Assembly (NCBI RefSeq): GCF_006345805.1
Contig: NC_042998.1
Coordinates: 192,200,001-192,264,000, forward strand
From: Octopus sinensis
Taxonomy: Eukaryota
DNA length: 64,000 nt
Direction: 5' to 3'
The position numbers and the translations under genes are program-made. Under the pieces are notes generated by a model. The model searched no databases and had not been told where the DNA came from. It saw only the letters and a program-made list of their open reading frames with translations. Of the stretch, positions 55,431 through 64,000 are shown piece by piece. Positions within the stretch are counted from its first letter, which is position 1. Each line of letters opens with the position of its first letter.

Positions 55431-56554
55431 ATATGTAGACACTCACGATTGCGGTTGCGTGGGTGTGTTTATGTATGTATAATATACATATATGCATATA
55501 TTTCACATTTATGTATGCGTATGTTTGTGTGCATGTATGCATCTATGTGTGATAATGGGTTTTTCTGCGAATATTTTTGCATACAGCCATTTACATATAA
55601 AGAACGATATGTGGCAAATAAATATTTGCAAAATTTTAAAATTGCTTTCCCCCCGCCTTAGTCAGTACAATAAGTCGTAGCAGTATAGACCGAAAAGCCA
55701 AGAAGAATCGAATTTTTAGCTATTAACCATGTGATTTCTTTGCTTACATTTACAACTACAAACGAATTCATATTTACTTTCATGTGGAATATAAAATGAA
55801 GTAAATTCTTCATTTTAGATCGATTTTTTTTTTCTTTTCTAGTTTTTGATCTGCTTTCTTATTCTGAATATCTGTGTTTCTTACGGATTTATGTGACTTT
55901 TTTATTATCAAATTTCTGCATTTCTATCACTGTTCTTTTACAGAAATAAATTTGGGTTACACCTGAAGCCATTCAAAACAAACATTAATTATATTAATAA
56001 TGTGGTATAAGGTACAACCAGGCAGACATTTATACATAAACATACACATTCACACATGCATGCACGCACACGTGCGCTCGCACTCGTTCATATATATATA
56101 GAGACTTCAAAGTCAGTCATGTGCGCATAGTAATTTATTGATTCGCTCTTCTGAGGATTACTTTCCCTAAATGTTTGACATGAATTTTAAGCCTAGCAAC
56201 ATAAGTAAATAATAAATAAGTCATCTTCTTCGTTGCATAGAAACAGCAGTTTAGAGACGATCGTATTAGAAACCAAGTACGTGACTTGTTCGTGGATTAC
56301 TACAACATACACCATGGCAAGATAGATAATCTGTGTCCGTCGCGAAACTTTCAACAGAAATTCCTGTGGAGTTTTGAAGTTAATCATGATCTTTAAAAAT
56401 TCTACAGACATGTTAGGTACGATCACTTGAATAATTACATAAGGAGCATGAAGAGCCATTGAGTTGTAATCTATCCCAGCCGTTCATATTTCAGCGTAAA
56501 ATAGCTGTGCAAGCAAGCTCATTCGTTAAAATGAAACATGGATCATTACCTATT

Positions 56555-56971
56555 TCTTTACTACCCACAAGGGGCTAAACAAAGAGAGGAAAAACAAGGA
56601 CAGACAAACGGATTAAGTCGATTATATCGACCACAGTGCGTAACTGGTACTTATTTAATCGACTCCGAAAGGATGAAAGGCAAAGTCAACCTCGGCGGAA
56701 TTTGAATTCAGAACGTAACGGCAGACGAAATACCTATTTCTTTATTACCCACAAGGGGCTAAACACAGAGAAGACAAACAAGGACAGACAAACGGATTAA
56801 GTCGATTACATCGACGTCAGTGCGTAACTGGTACTTAATTTATCGACCCCGAAAGGATGAAAGGCAAAGTCGACCTCGGCGGAATTTGAACTCAGAACGT
56901 AGCGGCAGACGAAATACCGCTAAGCATTTCGCCCGGAGTGCTAACGTTTCTGCCAGCTTGCCGCCTTAAAT
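56555..56971 (-). mobile_element. SINE family B tandem dimer (one full and one 5'-truncated copy) inside a single TSD
   Basis: 17-bp TSD ATGGATCRTTACCTATT (56538-56554 and 56972-56988); junction near 56732. Confidence 0.9.
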
Positions 56972-59900
56972 ATGGATCGTTACCTATTAGAATTAACCAT
57001 CAAAATTACACAGAAAATAATGTATTACCAGCGAAATACTTTAGGCTCAGGAGGAAATTGCTGAAAGCATGAATCTCGATCAAACCATAAACGACAGCAA
57101 CAAAACTGAAAAAAAACTTCTACCATGGCGGCGCCCCAGCATGGCCACAGCTCAAGAGCTGAAACTGGACAACATATAAACATATATATATAAACATTAC
57201 ACAGAAACACAATAGCCATTTATTAGGAAATTGGAATGAGCTGAAAACCAAGTTACAGTAAGTTTTAAGGAGACCTTCAGTCTTAACATCAACAAACCAC
57301 GAAGTGAAAAATCGATTAAGACAAGCGTCAATAGAGAACCTACTGACATGACGTTATCTGTAATCGATGAAGTTGCTAAAGAGCGCTGAGCAGATATTGA
57401 CAATCACAAGTTTTGGACGTTCTCTGTCTTATGGTATTATGCTGCACAAGATCGATCGAGAAAAAAGAACGCAACTAAAATTAATTATCCCACTTTCTTT
57501 CTAAAAACATAATCGGCAGACTACGGAAAAGACTGTGAGCGTTTAGTTTGTGTCGTTAAATATAAAGTGAGTAATGAATTCAAGTAATATCAGTTATGAA
57601 GTTATGACAGGCTATCCAAAATATACGGGAACTGCTGACGGCAGACATTCGCAGGTGAACTAATTGCCCTTAGACATGAACGGCAAGTATTAACTTCAAA
57701 AACTTTAATGTCCTTGGGAATTACAAGAACGTTAGACCATCAACTGTATAGTTGCATTAAACCTACAAACTGTATGTCGTAATATATGAAAACCCTACTA
57801 TCAATACTGCAAATGCTACTTTCAAATCGACTGCAGTTATTTTGGTGAGAATTTGGGAACAACAGAACGACGGTGACTATTGCTTAATGGGCTACTTTTC
57901 TTGGGATTGGGACACAGTCAGTCTGGAGAGAGAAAAATCATTCAGATTAGATAACCAAATGCAACCTAGTTTTGACCATACTGTCTTTTTTTATATCTAG
58001 AGGTTCTTGCTTGAAGTTTCCTTGTTTCAAGAGGTTGGGCGTGACCTTAATATAGATGGCTGCTATTCGAACGAGATCGACTAACCGTATTGTTGGTGGC
58101 AATGAAGGGTATTGCTTTCGGATATTAGAAAGGTTACAATCAGGATCAGTCTCCTTGATGACACTGTGTACTTCGATGTGAGGTATGCTGATCGGTGAAT
58201 AGTTTTGGAATATTTCTTCTGATAATTGGATACAAAGCAAGGCTGAATGCAAACCATCTGGTGGATTTATCAGACTCCTACATAATGGACCCCTTTGGCA
58301 AACAAAAGCAGGATCAATATAATCAGTAGAATTAGAAACATTTCTTGTCAAGGAACAAAAAGACCCGGACGCTCATAAGGGGTGACAGCTCTTACATATC
58401 ATGTAATTCAAGAAATCATCTTTTGCTTTACTGGAGATCATGTTGATAAATTCTGCCTAATTCGTTATTGCAAGAGACTGCTTCTTATTGCGCTAAAGAG
58501 TGTTCTTAACTGATTTAGCAGCGCAGCTGCGTATAAACTACTTAAGCTGAGATATATAGACTGTTGAGTTTGGCGTTGCTGGTGTGAGGTACATACCCAG
58601 GGAGATGCTATCTTTTCCCTAAGTATCTGATAACTGATAAAAAGAAACTGTGTGGGATAAAGTGAAATACATTTGCTAATTCGAATATGTTTCAAATTTC
58701 TGAGACATTCTTGAAGTTTGATTAAAAAGTTTTAATCCTAAAAGCTTTTCTGAGATAATGCTAATAGAAAAAAATATTGATTATCTAAACTTTGTCTAAA
58801 TATATGATCTATGATATATAAATAAAAATTAAAATGTTATAATTAATAAAAATGAAAATCACTAGACTACGTGGAGTGAACCAAAATGAGCTTAATGTAA
58901 AATTACATATGCTGTACACAGAAACACACATGCATATAACTTGCAGTTTTGCACATGGCTACAACTGAAAAGAAGTTTATACCAAAGGAAAAGCAATTCA
59001 TATACACCAGGTACATTGATTATATGTTTATTGTGGTAGGTATAGAAGAACAGGTAGATAGATTTTTAAGAGGATTCTGAAAATAATTCCATCCTGAAAT
59101 TTATAATTCAGCATAGTTCTCGCATAAGTTCGGTAAAAAGAAAAATAAACGCCACCATTTTCTTTGATATAACTGTGGATATAGATTTATAAAAACTCAT
59201 GTTATCCACACAAAGATTGTCTAATTAAGCAGACAAATGGTAATTGTTCTTTTATATATAAAATGCTTCATGTCAAATCCCTTCTTAGGCTAGACACTAC
59301 ATTTTCGTCTATGAAAGAAGTTTTAGTAAATAATATCTTCAGAGTTAGGCAAACATTATATTCCTAAACGTTAACGAATTCAAAACCTTTATTGTTCCAA
59401 ACTAAATACAAGAGACTAAGAAGAAAATATGACAAAACATATCTGTAATATCAAAGATTAACCGCGAAAACTGTCGTATCTTCAATATATACATACATAA
59501 ATACATATATGCGCACACATACACATACATACATACATAAATACATACATACATACATACATACATACATACATACATACATACATACATACATAATGGC
59601 TGCCCCCTCGTTATCGAGTATGGCCATTGCACGAAGCTTAACTGTTACTGGTTCTGTGATCGAATGTGACTTTTTAGCCCAGCTAAAGATCTACAATGTC
59701 TTGTACAAAATTGGCAACTAAAACCTTTACAGGTAATAGCCGGCCGTAGTTGTTACTGGGCTTCATGTACCTTTGCATGTCGTTTAAGTCCTCCTGCCGA
59801 ATTACACTCTCTTCCACATGCCTGACAGATATGATTAGTATGGTGTGTTACACCACCACTATACATACATACATACATAAATATATACATACATACATAC

Positions 59901-60125
59901 ATACATACATACATACATACATACATACATACATACATACATGCATACATACATACATGCGTAAGATGGTGAGGCAAACTCTAAATATTAACTATTTCAA
60001 ATGTGAGAACGTTTTTAGAAACAGACATTGAAGCGTGAATTGATTTGAAGTGTTTGAATAAAAGGAAAGTCTTGATTGCAGGAGTACACCTATGGAAACA
60101 GCTTCAGAAAATTGAGTAACATACA

Positions 60126-60284
60126 CCTATAGACGGACAAAATGGTACCAGCAGCTGTTATAGAAAATCGAAATCTGTACCACTCAAATTCCTGCTGAGA
60201 GCACTCTGTAGCATTTACTGGTACAGAGAGTTAAAGAGCTCAGTTCTCTGCAGCGGCTGCGGACTCCTTTTGTCCGTCTCTAGG
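60126..60284. repeat. Degenerate nested inverted repeat (MITE/hairpin-like)
   Basis: Outer arms CCTATAGACGGACAAAA and TTTTGTCCGTCTCTAGG (16 of 17 match); inner arms TCTGTACCA (60174-60182) and TGGTACAGA (60219-60227). Confidence 0.6.
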
Positions 60285-60402
60285 GAAATATTACCCGATT
60301 TTCTGAACCTGTTTTCACAGCCACCCTCCTGCGTTCGAGAGTTTTTTTTAATTTCTAGAAATATTTCAACTCGCCCGGCGATTCAATGTTTACTTTTATA
60401 TA

Positions 60403-60823
60403 TTCTTTTACTCTTTTATTCTTTCATTTGTTTCAGTCATTTGACTGTGGCCATGCTGGAGCACCGCCTTTAGTTGAGCAAATCGATCCCAGGACGTATT
60501 CTTTGGAAGCCTAGTACTTATTCTATCGGTCTTTTTTGCCGAACCGCTAAGTTACGCGGACGTAAACACACCAGTATCGGTTGTCAAGCGATGTTGGGGG
60601 GACAAACACAGACACAAAACATATACACACACACACACATATATATATAAGTACATATATACGACAGGCTTCTTTCAGTTTCCGTCTACCAAATCCACTC
60701 ACAAAGCTTTGGACGCCCCGAGGCTATAGGAGAAGACACTTGCCCCAGATGCCACGCAGTAGGACTGAACCCGGAACCATGTGGTTGGTAAGCAAGCTAC
60801 TTACCACACAGCCACTACACGCC

Positions 60824-60824
<1 letters not shown>
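60403..60824 (-). mobile_element. SINE family A, full length
   Basis: Complete copy. Confidence 0.92.
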
Positions 60825-60878
<54 letters not shown>

Positions 60879-61936
60879 GACGTACAGGAATTTTGAAAAG
60901 TGCACCTTAAATGCGCACAAAAGTGAGAGATAGTAATCTAAGATGTATCCCAACATTTTGACTCGGCAGGCATCAAATATCTCTTGTTAAACATTACCCA
61001 CGCACCTTCACACCCAAACACAAACACATACACACACACACGTGCGCTTGGGTGTGTATGTATATCATACTTAACCTCTATATCATGTTTACATCCACCG
61101 TTAACTGTATGGATGAAAGGGAGTGAGAGCATGTAGTTCTCTCTCTGTATCATTGTATTTATGACAAGCTTGCACGTTCTCTATAAATAAAAGCTTGGAG
61201 AGCACATACCTATGAATCAACGGCAAACCTCTCTTTCGCCAACAGAGATATGCTTTCGATAATGATATAATTGAAACAATATTCTACCCATCCCGTCTAG
61301 TCTTGGACAACACACAGTACTTTCTCATATCAAGAATATATCAATATTTCCATCGTCTGCAAAGCGTTTTCTTCCTTATTAGTTACCGACACTCGACAAT
61401 GCTCAATTAAGATCTAGACAGAAAACTACTCCCTTGTTCTTCACGGTGCTGCTGTTACACAGGAACTTACAAGAATTATCTAAAAGACAAGCCATCTGAC
61501 TAACGGGCAAAGGCTCTCACACTAATATTCCCTTATTTCCACGCTGCCCCGTCACACTACTTGTTCCACCTTGCCTACATAGTCCTTGACTCTCCTGAAA
61601 TATTTAATTACGTAGCGTCTTTATTAACGTCAACCCCCACCACTATCATCAACACCACCACCACCACAAGATAGTCATCTACTTGGTTTATACATTTTCT
61701 GTCACGCTCCCATCACGCCGTTATGTAATCACAAAACGATTTCTTCGTGTAGCCCCCCCCCCCGTTCACATTTCCAGGTTCAGTCATCATCGAAATATTC
61801 AAATAAACAGTAACCGAATCGAAGAAGTCAAATTTGTAGCCACTCTCACTCCTAACATGCTGACCAAACCATGAGCACATACAAGCACACTTGCAAAAAC
61901 ATATATATGCAAGCACATCCCCCTATATATACACAC

Positions 61937-62005
<69 letters not shown>

Positions 62006-62020
62006 CATATATATACACAC

Positions 62021-62099
<79 letters not shown>

Positions 62100-63619
62100 A
62101 TGTGACAATTATTCGGTAGCCATGATAAAACTCCGAGTTTGGGATATCGGGGCGGAAACCCAGGCCGCCATCTCTTCAGTTATCCGGCCATCGAAAAGAT
62201 GCTATGAAAATGACCGTTACACAAAGGGAAATTACTATGTAGATGACCGTTATTAAGACAAAAGAGCTATTTGAATGACCGCTAAATGAGGGGAGGAGTA
62301 AAGGTAAGAGAGTGAAAATATTCATAGTATTCGCGTAAGCGCACATGTCCATACATACACATGCACGCCCGCACATCCACGTACATATGCCTATAAGTAT
62401 ATACTCATCCACCTTCACCTTAAAGACGCACATGTTCACACACACATTCGCCATAAAATATATACATACCCGCATACACGCTCGCACACGCACGCACACA
62501 CACGTGCGCACAAAAAAAAGGTTCAAGCACATGTCTATATACGCACATGCACAAAAAAAAACAAGGCTAGAGACAAAATACTTATTAAAAAATAAGCAAT
62601 AAGAGTAAAACATGTCAATATACGCACATACCCGTATGCACTCATACACACACGCACGTCTATATACGTGCATACCCGCAAGTCTATATACGCACACACA
62701 CACACACGCACAAAAAAGGTTCATACACACGTCTATATACGCGCAGGCACAATTGTGTATTGATTTTCGAGCAGATTGCCTCTCCCAGTTCCATCGCCAG
62801 TTTATTATGTAAAAAAAAGATGAATGAATGTTGATTTTATAATTTTAAAAGATTTTAATAATTTAGTATAATGGAATCAAAACATGCCCAACGTTCAACA
62901 TGTCTGGAATTTATGTTATAATATCAGCGTTTTGTAGCATAAGTACAAGAACGGCACTCGAGAGAGCACACAGACGATTATATCATCTGTATGTATTTGA
63001 CAATCTTTTATTATAGGACTCATCCATTGAAGGTTGAGTTCTGCGAAGGCAAAATCAGTTGTAGAGAAACTTTCAGCTTGTGTTCTACAATTCACTCACA
63101 TGCCTTTGCTTCTAATTAAGGGATTCATACCTAGACTAATATTCACTTGAAATACACACAGCCGTGTTCATTATTCATTACATTTATTTTCATAGAACGA
63201 ATGAAAGTAGTTTTTCGTTGCGAAATTCGGAAGAATAGATTTTAAAATAATGATATAACTAGTGTTAATTTCAAATTATCTAGGACTTAATAGATAAAAT
63301 TTCCCACTAAACGTAAGACAAAAAAATGCACTGCCGAAACGTACAAGGTCGAAACTCAAATACAATTGACATGTTGAGTAAATACAAAATTTTAAGTGTT
63401 ACTTCTCATTTATGCTCCAAATTTCAGTAAATATATTGTTTAAACGACATAACTTGAATTGTTCCTATAATAACGAAAGAAGAGAATACAATAGAGGAAC
63501 TTTATCCTTGATGGATCGGTTATTTGCGCGCAAACTGGTGTGGATGTCTTATATAGTTTATAACCCTAGCAGATATCTTGTAAAACCTCAGTTTTCCGCA
63601 GCTCTAAAACCGTAAAATG

Positions 63620-63834
63620 AAGTGTTGATGGTTTCTGTAACAGGTGGGGTTTTTACGTGTATAGGGTGTAATCCTATAGCACAACCCCCGAATCTGGAGG
63701 ACCGATGTGTATACTTTAGTCTGACTCCTCTTCGACCAAACCAGCAAGGTTAAACCTACCAGGGGAACACGTCCCCCACTGGCACATGCTCTAGGGATCA
63801 TAAGAGTACGCAATCCTCCCCGCCATGTCAAGGC
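63620..63834 (-). mobile_element. RTE-type LINE 5' UTR-like segment
   Basis: The minus strand has GGTCCTCCAGATTCGGGGGTTGTGC...AAAAACCCCACCTGTTACAGAAAC, resembling RTE/Expander 5' UTRs (from memory). Confidence 0.6.
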
Positions 63835-64000
63835 CACGCAGATGATCTCGCGCTACTGTCACATCGCCTGCAAGTCATGCAAAATAAGGTAGGCCACCTG
63901 ACAGAAACTTCACGGCGAGTGGGCTTGAGGATCAGCCGGGAAAAGACAAAAGTGTTGCGTATCAACAACAAGCAGAAAGAGCCAATCACAATCGAAGGGG
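63835..64000 (+). mobile_element. RTE-clade RT fragment, running off the window end
   Basis: ADDLALLSHRLQVMQNKVGHLTETSRRVGLRISREKTKVLRINNKQKEPITIEG, open frame. Confidence 0.9.

Overview
This is AT-rich eukaryotic DNA that looks intergenic or intronic. The repeat families resemble those of coleoid cephalopods (Octopus); that assignment is recalled from pattern, not from a database search. I found no intact host gene, rRNA, true tRNA or CRISPR array. Almost all long ORFs in the track are microsatellite or SINE artefacts. The window is a mosaic of microsatellites, at least four tRNA-derived SINE families (about 25 copies, several with clear target-site duplications, TSDs), fragments of CR1-group, RTE and R4/Dong-type (restriction-like endonuclease) LINEs, two Tc1/mariner remnants, and foldback elements. 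The most notable signal is six short motifs from three sequence subfamilies with the topology of a minimal type-I hammerhead ribozyme: stem I, CUGANGA plus an extra nucleotide, stem II, GAAA, palindromic ACGU stem III, then GUH. Stems I and II covary between subfamilies. Two copies form a 200-nt tandem pair and some lie downstream of tRNA-SINE heads, which suggests a Penelope/retrozyme-like non-autonomous system. Every copy in the window has at least one core mutation, so activity is inferred, not shown.
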